This document shows, piece after piece, positions 29,185-39,233 of a stretch of 64,000 nt of DNA. The DNA lies in sequence record PQ382034.1. One strand, given 5' to 3'. A program made the translations under genes and the position numbers. The notes under the pieces are model-generated. The model had not been told where the DNA came from. It saw nothing but the letters and a program-made list of their open reading frames with translations, and searched no databases. Source of the DNA: Acinetobacter phage vB_AbaSI_3. Position 1 is the stretch's first letter. Each line of letters opens with the position of its first letter.

Positions 29185-31266
29185 ATGTTAGAAACATTAA
29201 CAGAAGCACAATTAAATGAAGTGCTTGAAACTGAAGGCAATAATTATGATGTGGTAGATTTGATGCCTAAAGCCAAAACACCGCAAATGTTTTTGCTAAA
29301 AGGTGATGGCATTGACAATTTAGTTGTTCGTTTAATGGCACAAAAGGAAGGCGGTGATACACTACGCAATCTTATGCCTAATGATAAAAATGTTGTAGTG
29401 TTTATCATGACACTAAATGATAAAGGTAACTTAGCTGAACTTAAAGGCGGTCTTGGCGCTAATCCGCTTAAAGCACTTACTACAATTTTTGATACTGTTT
29501 ATAGCGCAATCAAGCCATCTGTGGTAGAAACTGTTATGTTCAGATTCCCTGCAAAGAAAATGGCAGGTCAAGAACGCGGTATACGTCGTGTATTGGAACG
29601 CCTTATTCAGGTACGTGGTAAAAATCGTTTTGTAGTTCTATCTGAAATGGCAAGCTTCTCTGCCAAATATTCATACGTAGTTGCACATAAACGAAATTTA
29701 GAATTGACCGACATCCCTGGCGCATCAATTGACACTGAGCGTTATAAGAAAGTTGATACTAAGGTCGGTGAAGTGTATATTGACAATGAAACAGGTAAAG
29801 ACGTATCAAAGGCGGAAGCTATTGCACAGGCTGTTTCTACTGCAGTTAGTAAATTAACTACACAATCAGTTATCGCAAAGTCTAAAATCAGCCGCCGTGA
29901 AGCAATGGCAGCGATGTATTCATCAAGTGAATTTAGTGGCAAACCTGACGCACGCCGCCAAAAATATGATGATAGCCATGCAGTTGTGCCGGCAACAGGC
30001 AATAAAACTCTCATTCAACAAAACATTAACAATATTGATCTAAAGAGTATTGGCCAAACACTGATGGAGTATGAGCATGCAACATGGGAAGATGAAACAA
30101 AATCAAGAATTGCTATTACTCCAATAAGAAATATTGTTGTTCCGATGATCAACGATGTATTCGGTCACCGATCTACGAGCAAAGAAGGCAAAGCAATGGC
30201 TTCTAATATTATTAGAGGCATTGGCACCATCATTGCTGATGCTAACCCTAAAGATTTGCAGTCAATGATGGTAAAAATTTCAGAATTCATCTCGACTACA
30301 AGTTTTGGTGAACTTGACAAAACTGGAAGAATTAACTTCGCTAGAGGTATAATTTTTGGATTGTTAAATGGACCAATTGGTGGCAGAATACGTATTGCAT
30401 ACGAAGATGATGAGGCTGAACATAAGATTCGTCGTCAATACACTGAAGATCAGGTTGAAGCCATTAAAGCCTATACAGGTTCAGATTTTTCTGACATTAA
30501 TGGATTCCTTATTGGCCACTATGGCACATACCCAGGCCTAGAAGAAACTATTGCACATTTAGATGAAGCATTCAAAAATGGGACCACTCTAGAACGCGGA
30601 ACAATATTATACCGCGGACAAAGTGTTAAGTATGGCCAAATGAAATCAATTATGGATACAAAAATGATGTATTTTAGAAATTTTGTATCTACATCGTTAT
30701 ATCCAGTGATTTATGGTGGATTCGCAAATGCAGTTGCAAATATTGAACCTACTGCACAAGATCAAACTCATTTCACATCTGTAGATTTATCAAAATCTAC
30801 ATCATATACAAGTGATGCACATGATGCGATGAATGCTGGTACAATCGAAGATTCCAATTATAGCGTATCAGTGGCTATGGTGATCAAAGGAGCTGATAAA
30901 ATCAACGTTATCGTTCCTGGTAATATGTCTTCATATCCAAATGAATGCGAAGTAATTTTACCTCGTGGCACAATACTTAAAATTAATAAAGTTGTTGGAG
31001 AATCATTTGACTTCGGAGACTCTAATAACTCTATGCTAATGGAAACAACAGTAGTTGGTCCTGATCAGATCGATGAAAATACAGAAATGTATGATGGTGA
31101 CCTATTTTTAAGTGAAGGGCGATTAGAAGTCATAAAACCGAGTATTGGCGCATTTTATAATAATGAAGTTATAAACGAAGCCGTTATCCCTAATAATGAT
31201 GATGCAACATCCATATTATTATCATTGATTGATTTTACTGGTATGCCGCAAAAGTTCATTGATTAA
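29185..31266 (+). CDS. alt: Alt-like packaged ADP-ribosyltransferase (R-S-ExE class)
   Basis: 693 aa after gp54, as for T4 alt (682 aa). The C-terminal domain has YRGQSV (Arg), FVSTSLYP (STS) and NECEVILPRG (ExE). Confidence 0.75.
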   Translation: MLETLTEAQLNEVLETEGNNYDVVDLMPKAKTPQMFLLKGDGIDNLVVRLMAQKEGGDTLRNLMPNDKNVVVFIMTLNDKGNLAELKGGLGANPLKALTTIFDTVYSAIKPSVVETVMFRFPAKKMAGQERGIRRVLERLIQVRGKNRFVVLSEMASFSAKYSYVVAHKRNLELTDIPGASIDTERYKKVDTKVGEVYIDNETGKDVSKAEAIAQAVSTAVSKLTTQSVIAKSKISRREAMAAMYSSSEFSGKPDARRQKYDDSHAVVPATGNKTLIQQNINNIDLKSIGQTLMEYEHATWEDETKSRIAITPIRNIVVPMINDVFGHRSTSKEGKAMASNIIRGIGTIIADANPKDLQSMMVKISEFISTTSFGELDKTGRINFARGIIFGLLNGPIGGRIRIAYEDDEAEHKIRRQYTEDQVEAIKAYTGSDFSDINGFLIGHYGTYPGLEETIAHLDEAFKNGTTLERGTILYRGQSVKYGQMKSIMDTKMMYFRNFVSTSLYPVIYGGFANAVANIEPTAQDQTHFTSVDLSKSTSYTSDAHDAMNAGTIEDSNYSVSVAMVIKGADKINVIVPGNMSSYPNECEVILPRGTILKINKVVGESFDFGDSNNSMLMETTVVGPDQIDENTEMYDGDLFLSEGRLEVIKPSIGAFYNNEVINEAVIPNNDDATSILLSLIDFTGMPQKFID

Positions 31267-31275
31267 ACCGCAAAA

Positions 31276-31296
31276 AGGAGCCAAATGGCTCCTTTT
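31276..31296. terminator. Terminator hairpin (aggagcc-aaat-ggctcct) + TTTT after alt
   Basis: 7-bp stem with a T-run; 10 nt after the stop. Confidence 0.55.
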
Positions 31297-31299
31297 GTG

Positions 31300-31482
31300 T
31301 TATAACGTGTGTGCTATTCGATTGACTTCAATACCATTAACATTTTCATATGTTATTAGACCGTCTATAAACTTATCGCGTTTAAATGTGCTGTCAAAAT
31401 TAATCAGCGTCGTAGATGTAGATATTGCTACTTCTTGTCCTATGCATATTTTGCTATGGATTTCTAAAAGAACTTTGTACAT
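31300..31482 (-). CDS. Possible small ORF (60 aa) downstream of the ligase gene
   Basis: ORF only. Its 5' end overlaps the ligase stop by 1 nt and its 3' end ends 4 nt from the alt terminator hairpin. Confidence 0.25.
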   Translation of the reverse strand: MYKVLLEIHSKICIGQEVAISTSTTLINFDSTFKRDKFIDGLITYENVNGIEVNRIAHTL

Positions 31483-31483
31483 G

Positions 31484-32974
31484 TTATACCTCGATCACGT
31501 TTAATGCTTCAGGGAACATGTCTTCAAGAGTATTAGTTTCATCTTTATCTCGTCGAAGACATTCGATTACTGGCAAGAATAACGATACATATTCAGTACG
31601 ACCTTCGGCAGCAATCCATCCATTACACTTGATAGATACTACAGTACCAATAAGATCATCTTGTTCTAACCAAAGTTTACTACGATTTAATTCGTCTAAT
31701 TGATCATATGGAATAGGAATCCATTCACCTTTAACTTTGACTGCATTCGTATCGGTGAATCCAGAACCACATTTAACACGAATTAAATTATCATCAGATC
31801 GCAAGAATACTGCACCAAGTTTAGTTGGATCTTTGCTATGTTCCTGAACTGATACTACACGAAGATCAATGATAATTTCTTCTTTAAATTTGACCTGATT
31901 TTTAGAACGTTTGTTTTCCCAAAGTGCAAAAGTATTTTTAAGAATGATGCCTTCGAGACCTTGCTCAACATATTTTTTATAGATCGCTTTAGCTTCATCC
32001 AGGTTGTGTACAAGTGTAGATTCAATAAGAAGAACACGATTTGAATGTTTTAGAATTGAAGTTAAATCAGCAAAACGTTCGGTGTACTTTTTACTAGTTT
32101 GTCCATCATAAACCACGTTTAATGGAACTAAATCCCAGACTTGGAAACTTAATGTTTCAGCTTCTTGTTTAGAAATAGTACCTTTAAGAGATTTATTTGC
32201 AAGCCCATTTGATTCGGAACGAAGTACAACATTTTTCTGGTCGACTTTAAAATCCTCATCAACTTCTTGTGCATCACCAAACAAGTCTTCAAGGTCAACT
32301 TTATTTTTGACTGGGCGACTAACTGCAACTAATTCACCATCAACCATTACAGGGCCATGTTCTTGGCGATACGAACGAGTTGCTGCAATTAATTCTCGAG
32401 CAATATTATCTAAACCTTTATATTCATTACCTGCACGACTTAAGAATTTTACATCTTCAATGTTATCACCACGAATTTCAGCGAAGCATCGAGCACCGTC
32501 AGCTTTAAGTTGGGCAATTGCAGGAAATTTAATGAAACTTAAAGCCTTTTCACTCATCGATGATGCCAACATTTGTGGTTGTGATGGAATTAAACCTTTC
32601 CATACTTTATTAGCAATTGTTGCTGATGCACCACATTCAAGGTCACGTTTAATAATACGACAAACAACTTCAGAATCTTCAGGTTGGAGTGCTGAAAGTT
32701 TTTGTGATAATGCGCCAATCGCAGTATTGCCAGTAAGTACACGAGTCGCTAGATCACGTTCTAAAAATTCTAAAACTGAATCTAATTCAACGTCTACCAA
32801 TTTGCGAGAATTGTCATAGTCTGGAATTTTTTTGATGCCATATTGCAAACGAGGATGATATGCCATACGATACACATTTTTAAGTGTTTCATTATCGGCA
32901 TTTGCCTTTAAGATTGCAAGTTTTTCGTTTGTTGAATCTGTCGATTCAATTGCTTTTAAAATATCTAAAATCAT
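31484..32974 (-). CDS. 30: ATP-dependent DNA ligase gp30
   Basis: Motif I KADGARC and adenylation-domain features. T4-like size (496 aa). Confidence 0.9.
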   Translation of the reverse strand: MILDILKAIESTDSTNEKLAILKANADNETLKNVYRMAYHPRLQYGIKKIPDYDNSRKLVDVELDSVLEFLERDLATRVLTGNTAIGALSQKLSALQPEDSEVVCRIIKRDLECGASATIANKVWKGLIPSQPQMLASSMSEKALSFIKFPAIAQLKADGARCFAEIRGDNIEDVKFLSRAGNEYKGLDNIARELIAATRSYRQEHGPVMVDGELVAVSRPVKNKVDLEDLFGDAQEVDEDFKVDQKNVVLRSESNGLANKSLKGTISKQEAETLSFQVWDLVPLNVVYDGQTSKKYTERFADLTSILKHSNRVLLIESTLVHNLDEAKAIYKKYVEQGLEGIILKNTFALWENKRSKNQVKFKEEIIIDLRVVSVQEHSKDPTKLGAVFLRSDDNLIRVKCGSGFTDTNAVKVKGEWIPIPYDQLDELNRSKLWLEQDDLIGTVVSIKCNGWIAAEGRTEYVSLFLPVIECLRRDKDETNTLEDMFPEALNVIEV

Positions 32975-33004
32975 AGAATACTCCAGTTTATAGAGACTAT
33001 TATA

Positions 33005-33667
33005 TCACACTTCATCAGAAATTAAAACTGAATTTGGCAAAATATGTGCTAAATAGTGTAAACGAACTTCATTTAGATCCTTAGCAATAAAATGCGGTAC
33101 ATTTACTACTGGGCGAGGTCCACGTTGAATATAATAACGCGGGATATCAGGGAGTACACGTGCGGCAGATTCAATATTTGATCCTAAATCGTCAATAAAC
33201 ATTACAATATTTTGGTGTTTCTGTCTTACTCGCTCTAGTACTTTGTCTTTACTTTCACCGAAATCACATACAAAAATGTCTTTGAATGCGCCAGGAAATA
33301 ATGCGTTAAGGTTGAATAATCTATTCATTACAGTTTCTTTGTCTGTACCTAAAGCAGTAACTGCTACAAAATCCCAGTGTTCTTTCATCATATTGATCAT
33401 TTCAAGCGCATCGTCATATGGTGCAAGATATTTAATAAAGTTTGATTTATTATATTCTTCAACAAATGTTTTTGCAATAGAAGGATCACAACCAAATAAT
33501 TGTGATGGCGACATGAATTCTTCAGTTAAAATACATTCAAGAGCTTTTTCTGTTGGGATCGCATGTTTTGCCATGAAGTAAGGTAGCCCAGATTGCCATT
33601 TAACACATACGCCATCAACATCAATTAATACCACTGGGCGTTTAGATTCATTACGATTAAAATTCAT
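33005..33667 (-). CDS. HAD-superfamily hydrolase (deoxyribonucleotidase/phosphatase-like)
   Basis: Motif I VLIDVDGV, motif II VAVTAL, Lys (ESKDKV), motif IV FIDDLG. Confidence 0.6.
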   Translation of the reverse strand: MNFNRNESKRPVVLIDVDGVCVKWQSGLPYFMAKHAIPTEKALECILTEEFMSPSQLFGCDPSIAKTFVEEYNKSNFIKYLAPYDDALEMINMMKEHWDFVAVTALGTDKETVMNRLFNLNALFPGAFKDIFVCDFGESKDKVLERVRQKHQNIVMFIDDLGSNIESAARVLPDIPRYYIQRGPRPVVNVPHFIAKDLNEVRLHYLAHILPNSVLISDEV

Positions 33668-33668
33668 T

Positions 33669-34151
33669 TCATTTGCCTGAATAAGTAAGTTCTAGATAAG
33701 GAGTGTATTCATCACGAATCCTGTTCAGAATTCCGATAAATTCTGCTTCGGTAAGAATAGTATCAAATGGATCTGATTTCCCAATTGAATGTTTTAAAGT
33801 TTTGCCGATAGTTTTGTACAAAGCTTCTTGGTAGTTTACATTTTGCGCAAAACAATGCATGTATGCTTTGTACAATAGTTCTTGATAAAATTCCGAGTGT
33901 CTATCAAATGGTTTACCTTGCCAATATAATGTTTGATTCTTAATTGGGCAATCACGTCCTGCTTTCTTCGCAGGAATTCCACGCATTGCAAAGATTTCTT
34001 TTTGGCGTTCAGGATTGCTCTCTCGTAATCCCTGCAAGAACCCTTCAGTTGAACCAAAGAACATATCATCCATTATAAAAGGATTTTGTGTTAAGTTGCT
34101 GAGTTGTCCTGCCGGACCAGGCAATCTAAAGTATATATCTACAATATCCAT
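33669..34151 (-). CDS. NADAR (YbiA/DUF1768)-family protein, putative ADP-ribose N-glycosidase
   Basis: The N-terminal LSNLTQNPFIMDDMFFGSTEGFLQGLRE and following blocks resemble the NADAR fold signature. 1-nt intergenic gap to the HAD gene. Confidence 0.5.
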   Translation of the reverse strand: MDIVDIYFRLPGPAGQLSNLTQNPFIMDDMFFGSTEGFLQGLRESNPERQKEIFAMRGIPAKKAGRDCPIKNQTLYWQGKPFDRHSEFYQELLYKAYMHCFAQNVNYQEALYKTIGKTLKHSIGKSDPFDTILTEAEFIGILNRIRDEYTPYLELTYSGK

Positions 34152-34255
34152 AACAATCTCATGTTATTTTGATAGATTAATTATACCACATATCGAGAAG
34201 GATGTAAACAGCAAAATGGGCTCAATTGAGCCCATTTATTAAGATGGATATAATA

Positions 34256-34900
34256 TTAGAATACTGGAATAGTTTCTACACTATACGTACCTTTATCTAA
34301 TTTTACTTCTTTGCCTTGAACTAATTGGTTAGCTTCTTGGTCAGTATAAGTTATTAAAAATGCCTTTAAAAGTGCTGGTAATCTTTCATGTGAACCAAAT
34401 ATGCGTAATAAATCCCATGATGAGCCCTTTTTGCGATATAGGCCATAAACCACCTTTGGAGCTGAGGCTTCATCGAGTTGTACAGATTCTGCCATCTTTT
34501 GACGTTTAGCAGAACGGCCGAGGTGCATGTGTTGATCTAAGGCAGTGCCCTTTAAATTGCCTTTAGCTGTCGCTAAATCAGCTTTTGCAGTTGGACGATT
34601 AAAGTGTAATGCTTCGTCATTTTTGCCACCGAATTCTATACGTTGAAATTGATCACCTTTTGCCTTACTATTGGTTTTAGTAATAACATAACCAGAAATT
34701 GTGCCATCAGCCTTTAAATCGTTGATATAAATATCTTCAATTTGTGTTTTACCTTTAAGCAAACCTGCCATGATAAGGCTCTTTTCAATCCAACGCGCAT
34801 CAACGTCAGAGGCAGAATATGTACGTTCATTAATTGCATTTGCATTAAAGTCGATTTCGATTCGTGAACATTCTGCAACTAATTGTGAGTATGATTTCAT
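34256..34900 (-). CDS. Hypothetical 214-aa protein
   Basis: ORF with an ATG start. No motif I can assign. Confidence 0.45.
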   Translation of the reverse strand: MKSYSQLVAECSRIEIDFNANAINERTYSASDVDARWIEKSLIMAGLLKGKTQIEDIYINDLKADGTISGYVITKTNSKAKGDQFQRIEFGGKNDEALHFNRPTAKADLATAKGNLKGTALDQHMHLGRSAKRQKMAESVQLDEASAPKVVYGLYRKKGSSWDLLRIFGSHERLPALLKAFLITYTDQEANQLVQGKEVKLDKGTYSVETIPVF

Positions 34901-34905
34901 TTATT

Positions 34906-35226
34906 TTATTTTCCTATAAGTTTAGAGCTTTGTAGAGGAATATGGATCGAGTTCCAGAGGTTTCTGTACATTTCGACGGATTCAATATGATATTCATTTT
35001 CTTCACCTTCTGTATGTGAATACTGAAAAATTCTATCGTTATTTTGCAAAACACAGCTGCCTTTAAGCTCGGTGCCATCATATTTTAATACAGTCGATCC
35101 TATTTCTCGCCCAGCATTTAACTCAACAAATTTATAATCTTTAGAGCCTAATTCTCTTGGAGTGTATAATTCATGAGGATATCCAGCATCCCGAGCGTCT
35201 TCAAATAGTGCACGAAAAGTTATCAT
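34906..35226 (-). CDS. Hypothetical ~106-aa protein (start uncertain; track ORF extends to 35274)
   Basis: ORF. The internal Met MITFRALFEDARDAGYP avoids overlap with the upstream gene. Confidence 0.35.
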   Translation of the reverse strand: MITFRALFEDARDAGYPHELYTPRELGSKDYKFVELNAGREIGSTVLKYDGTELKGSCVLQNNDRIFQYSHTEGEENEYHIESVEMYRNLWNSIHIPLQSSKLIGK

Positions 35227-35495
35227 TTTAAAGTTACCACTAAACGACGAACTTCTTTGTTTGCACGCGAGCATAAGGGCTTAGCGTATTTAATCGAATC
35301 AATTTGATTGATAGATTCTAATAAGCGTTTTTGTGCAGGGTTGAGATGATTGAACCGATCTAAAATGGCTTTTGCTGCACCTAAGATGTCAAGCTCTGTG
35401 CCATAATTTTCATGTCCTTTATTCCAGGCTTCTCGTTGAATCATCAATATTTTTCTGATGTCCATGTTTTTCTCGTTTATTAATAATGTTAACAA
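35223..35495 (-). CDS. Hypothetical 90-aa protein adjacent to gp31 (T4 rIII position)
   Basis: ORF only; positional analogy to rIII. Confidence 0.35.
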   Translation of the reverse strand: MLTLLINEKNMDIRKILMIQREAWNKGHENYGTELDILGAAKAILDRFNHLNPAQKRLLESINQIDSIKYAKPLCSRANKEVRRLVVTLK

Positions 35496-35541
35496 TATTT
35501 ATAAACGTGAATGGCATGCTTAGCATGCCATTTTTAATGAA

Positions 35542-35871
35542 TTAAAGATTTTTATATACGCAAGCAATATTACTAAAGTGTGTAGTTATATACTTGTCAT
35601 CGCGATCTTTAGCTTCGCAAATACCTGCAACAACATCAGGATGAGGTACATTTAATTTTTCGCCTAATGGAAATGGCGTCTTGTCACCAATTTCAAATAA
35701 TCCAAATGGAACTGTAGGCCCAATTGCAAAGATTTCACACATATTAGGAATTTCGCTTTCTTGCTTTGGAGGCAAAATAATACCTGATGCAGTTTTTTGT
35801 GCTGCACCTGCAGATTTAGCGACAGCTTTAAGAATTACATTACTTCCGAGTGCTACGATTTGTCCAGCCAT
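35542..35871 (-). CDS. 31: Co-chaperonin gp31 (GroES-like)
   Basis: GroES-like mobile-loop GIILPP and a C-terminus ..HFSNIACVYKNL resembling the T4 gp31 end; 109 aa vs 111 aa. Confidence 0.75.
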   Translation of the reverse strand: MAGQIVALGSNVILKAVAKSAGAAQKTASGIILPPKQESEIPNMCEIFAIGPTVPFGLFEIGDKTPFPLGEKLNVPHPDVVAGICEAKDRDDKYITTHFSNIACVYKNL

Positions 35872-36212
35872 TAGATTGTTTCCTCTTCAAGATTAATTTG
35901 AGCATGTTTTAATAACGTATTGATATTTATACCATCGATGCCAATCAAGTTGTCCAATTTGAATGAGCGCCATCCAGAGGATGTTTTATCGAATACTGAA
36001 ATTGCTTCAACACTCGTACGGGATGCAGGTTTGTACCCGTAGCATTCAGAACCTAATTCTTCCGTAAGAACTGCAGAATCTAGTGTACCTTGCAATACTC
36101 GAATATCGCCATTGACCTTTTGAAAAACGATTTCATGCGTACCAGAACGAAGCAATGTTGATAAGTAAGAATGAAGTTTTGTATAACCATGTTTAGTTAA
36201 ATTTAAACTCAT
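35871..36212 (-). CDS. Hypothetical 113-aa protein (31.1 position)
   Basis: ORF; 1-nt overlap with the gp31 start. Confidence 0.45.
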   Translation of the reverse strand: MSLNLTKHGYTKLHSYLSTLLRSGTHEIVFQKVNGDIRVLQGTLDSAVLTEELGSECYGYKPASRTSVEAISVFDKTSSGWRSFKLDNLIGIDGININTLLKHAQINLEEETI

Positions 36213-36760
36213 TGTTCAACTCCATAGTTAGTAATATTTGACCAATCGAGATTTTTTAACGATTGTTTGTTGATTTGAAATACGTTGATTCCTGCCGCTT
36301 CGAGAATTTTTTCCCAGCCTGGCAAGTTTCTATCATATGCCTCTGAGTAGACCAATTGTTTAATGCCACTATTGGCAATAGCTTTTGCGCAATCTGGACA
36401 CGGGCTAAGAGTGACGTACATTGTAGCACCGTCAATCGACGTGCCATTTTTTGCTGCATATAATATTGCATTAAGTTCTGCATGGATTTCATTAACTTTG
36501 GACCATTCTGAGTGAGCGTTCCGACATTCGGCTTTGAGAAGTACTTTGTTGATGTGTGGAGGTTTCGGATTGTATTGGTTAATTGTCCATCCTTCTTGTT
36601 CGGCATGATCACAGCAATTTACTCCTCCGGCTGGTGAACCGTTATACCCAGTTGAAATAATACGCCCATTTTTGGCAATAACTGCGCCAACCTTCCAAGA
36701 CATACATTTTGATTCTTGTGAAACTAAATATGCGATTTGCATAAACGTAGATGATTTCAT
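36209..36760 (-). CDS. cd: dCMP deaminase
   Basis: Zinc-binding deaminase motifs HAELNAI and LSPCPDCAKAI. The neighbourhood is as for T4 cd. Confidence 0.85.
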   Translation of the reverse strand: MKSSTFMQIAYLVSQESKCMSWKVGAVIAKNGRIISTGYNGSPAGGVNCCDHAEQEGWTINQYNPKPPHINKVLLKAECRNAHSEWSKVNEIHAELNAILYAAKNGTSIDGATMYVTLSPCPDCAKAIANSGIKQLVYSEAYDRNLPGWEKILEAAGINVFQINKQSLKNLDWSNITNYGVEQ

Positions 36761-36810
36761 TTCATTACCTCATAGAATAAGGCTATTATATTTCAAATAG
36801 CCTTATAGCT

Positions 36811-37125
36811 TCATCCAATACACAAATAACGAGAATTACGTGTTTCGACTAATGTGAATTCACTGTCGATAGATGAAACTGATTTAACTATTGATGTACG
36901 AATCATGTCGCCATCAACAAAGCGTTCATGTTTATCAAAGAAGATTCGACCGCCAAACGAGAAGCCAGGCACAACCAAGATTAAGCCAGTACAGTCATGC
37001 TCTTTAATGAATTTTTCAGCACGTCCATCGGCTTTAAGTAAATCGATCATTTCATCGACACTTGATTTAGAAGGCACTTGGTTTAAGGTAACATCAATTG
37101 CTTTTAATTTTTGATAAAGGTTCAT
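36811..37125 (-). CDS. Hypothetical 104-aa protein
   Basis: ORF. Confidence 0.45.
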   Translation of the reverse strand: MNLYQKLKAIDVTLNQVPSKSSVDEMIDLLKADGRAEKFIKEHDCTGLILVVPGFSFGGRIFFDKHERFVDGDMIRTSIVKSVSSIDSEFTLVETRNSRYLCIG

Positions 37126-37646
37126 TGTATTTCCTCGACATGGTGTACGTAATATTGGCCAGCAGAAGCTCTAAGAAACTTCTTGATTGCTTCTACTGCT
37201 GAAGTTGCATAAAATTCATCTTGTGGTGGATATTTTAGTTTAGTATCATGAGTGTACCAAATTTGATATTTTTTAATATACCCAAAATGAATTAAAGCAT
37301 CACGATTATATTTGCCAAATGTGCCTTCCATTAGCTTATCAGCAGTAACCCATGCAACAATCCCGGTTTCAGATTCGGCTATTTCACCTGATTTGATCTG
37401 AGAAGGTATTGCATGAAATGTGCTAACTTCAAATTCACCATCAATTGCAATGTACGGATCATTTAAATCAAGAACTGTAGGCCAGATGCCAGTCTCTTCA
37501 AAGCATTCACGTTTGGCACCTTCAGCAATAGTTTCGCCTAGTTCGACTTTACCACCAGGTAATCCAAAATCAGTTAGATCATCCTTGCGACTTACTGCAA
37601 GGAATTTTCCATTATTTTCAATAAGTACACATGCTGCATAACGCAT
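37122..37646 (-). CDS. Nudix hydrolase (T4 NudE-like)
   Basis: Nudix box GGKVELGETIAEGAKRECFEETGI. The start is trimmed to Met at 37646 (MRYAACVLIENNG) to avoid a 52-nt overlap with pseT. Confidence 0.75.
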   Translation of the reverse strand: MRYAACVLIENNGKFLAVSRKDDLTDFGLPGGKVELGETIAEGAKRECFEETGIWPTVLDLNDPYIAIDGEFEVSTFHAIPSQIKSGEIAESETGIVAWVTADKLMEGTFGKYNRDALIHFGYIKKYQIWYTHDTKLKYPPQDEFYATSAVEAIKKFLRASAGQYYVHHVEEIQ

Positions 37647-38578
37647 TAAAATTCTCCGAATTGTACTTGAGCTGCATTTACACCAATTCGACGCCAAAGT
37701 TCAATGACACGATCACGATCATCAAAAGCGCATTCAACGTTATAGTTGTCCGCAATATGTGTCCAGAAGATTTCTTCTTTAGTGACATCATCTTTACGTC
37801 GATCATCATGAGCTCGCATATACAAGTTGTCCCATGGGATTGCATTATACGACAACCAATCTGCAGTCATGTTATAGTACTTTAGATTATCATCTTTAGT
37901 ACCAGAGTTACGTCCGGATACACACAAAATTTTGTACCTATTTTGTTTGTACATTTTAAGAATATTGACCACGAATTCTACTGGAGTATCTTTATCTAGT
38001 TTCCAGTATGCAAATGCATCACGATGATCATTATTAGCTAATGTGCCATCAAGATCAAAAATGACTGCCTTTGGTAATTCAGGATTTGGCACATATTGGC
38101 GGTGCTTTCCTAAGTACTTTTGCATACGTAAATACATGTCACGAAGAACCGGCTTAGGAACGGCTTTGTTGCCACGTGTCAAATTACGTTTTTCGAGTTC
38201 TACCCATGGCACATCAAATGGCATTTCTTCATATATGATATTATTACCAAGATGCTCTTGCTCTTTTACCAAGAAATCATAAATCGTTTTACGAGTAGCC
38301 TCATTCAAATTTGTATCTGCGATAATAACACGATCTGTAACTTTGTCCGCTACCGCAAGTTTTAAAGTGTGCATTAAGGATTGAGTTACTAGTGCTTCAT
38401 TTTCACGTGAGTATTTGTATTTACCACCAAACAACATTGCACGCATATCATCACGATTCAACACAATAGTTTTGTTGCCTTTGCGTGATTTTTCGGCCTG
38501 TTCTAACGCCCAAGTAGATTTACCAGAGCCAGGTGCTCCTACCGTAAGAATTACTTTCTTATCCATCATTTGCTCCAT
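37646..38578 (-). CDS. pseT: Polynucleotide 5'-kinase/3'-phosphatase
   Basis: N-terminal P-loop GAPGSGKST kinase domain plus a C-terminal HAD phosphatase DLDGTLA. T4-like size (310 aa). Confidence 0.9.
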   Translation of the reverse strand: MEQMMDKKVILTVGAPGSGKSTWALEQAEKSRKGNKTIVLNRDDMRAMLFGGKYKYSRENEALVTQSLMHTLKLAVADKVTDRVIIADTNLNEATRKTIYDFLVKEQEHLGNNIIYEEMPFDVPWVELEKRNLTRGNKAVPKPVLRDMYLRMQKYLGKHRQYVPNPELPKAVIFDLDGTLANNDHRDAFAYWKLDKDTPVEFVVNILKMYKQNRYKILCVSGRNSGTKDDNLKYYNMTADWLSYNAIPWDNLYMRAHDDRRKDDVTKEEIFWTHIADNYNVECAFDDRDRVIELWRRIGVNAAQVQFGEF

Positions 38579-38718
38579 TCAATACATAGAAAGGTATGCA
38601 GAATACCTAAGTGCTTGAAGCTGTCGTGTAACTTCATTTTGATTTCCTCATTTGATGATGTGATAATTATATCACAAACTATTGCTCATGTAAAACTTTC
38701 TTGCGAAATTAATTGATG

Positions 38719-39039
38719 TTACCATGACACTTTGATCTGGCGATATTCTTCATCTATTTGGATTTCATAACCATCCATAGCAAACTTTTTGAGGAAATAT
38801 GAACGGCGTTTTGCAGATAGTTCACGCTGTTTATCTGTGAGTTCGGTTAGACTTTCAACCGTTTCAAAAACATACTCAGGTAAAGCAGATTCCTTTATGA
38901 TTGAATAGCTCTTACCGTTGTAAGCATCGGTGTAAATACACTCTTTAATCAACTCGTAGTAATCATGATTCACAATAGAGTATAAATTAACTGGGTCCCA
39001 ATACGAGTCACGAAGAGCTCGAATTTCAGCAATTTTCAT
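38719..39039 (-). CDS. Hypothetical 106-aa protein
   Basis: ORF in the pseT-rnlA accessory block. Confidence 0.45.
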   Translation of the reverse strand: MKIAEIRALRDSYWDPVNLYSIVNHDYYELIKECIYTDAYNGKSYSIIKESALPEYVFETVESLTELTDKQRELSAKRRSYFLKKFAMDGYEIQIDEEYRQIKVSW

Positions 39040-39233
39040 TATTTAGTTCTCATACAGGTGTATTTTGTTTTTGATACAAACCGAACAGTATTTTCTTCTT
39101 TAAACTGTTCACCTGCAACCTGACACATTTGAATAGATTTAAATCCTTCGATTCGTGTGACTACCTTGTCATCGGTAAACCAGCCGAATGTAGTCAATAC
39201 TAAAACTAATGTGTACATATCAGTTACCTGCAA
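39039..39233 (-). CDS. Hypothetical 64-aa protein
   Basis: ORF; ATGA overlap. Confidence 0.35.
   Translation of the reverse strand: MQVTDMYTLVLVLTTFGWFTDDKVVTRIEGFKSIQMCQVAGEQFKEENTVRFVSKTKYTCMRTK

Noticed and set aside
31229-31703. + strand ORFs 31229..31504 and 31425..31703
   Set aside because: They run through the alt terminator hairpin and antisense to the ligase 3' end with no SD, so they are most likely spurious.
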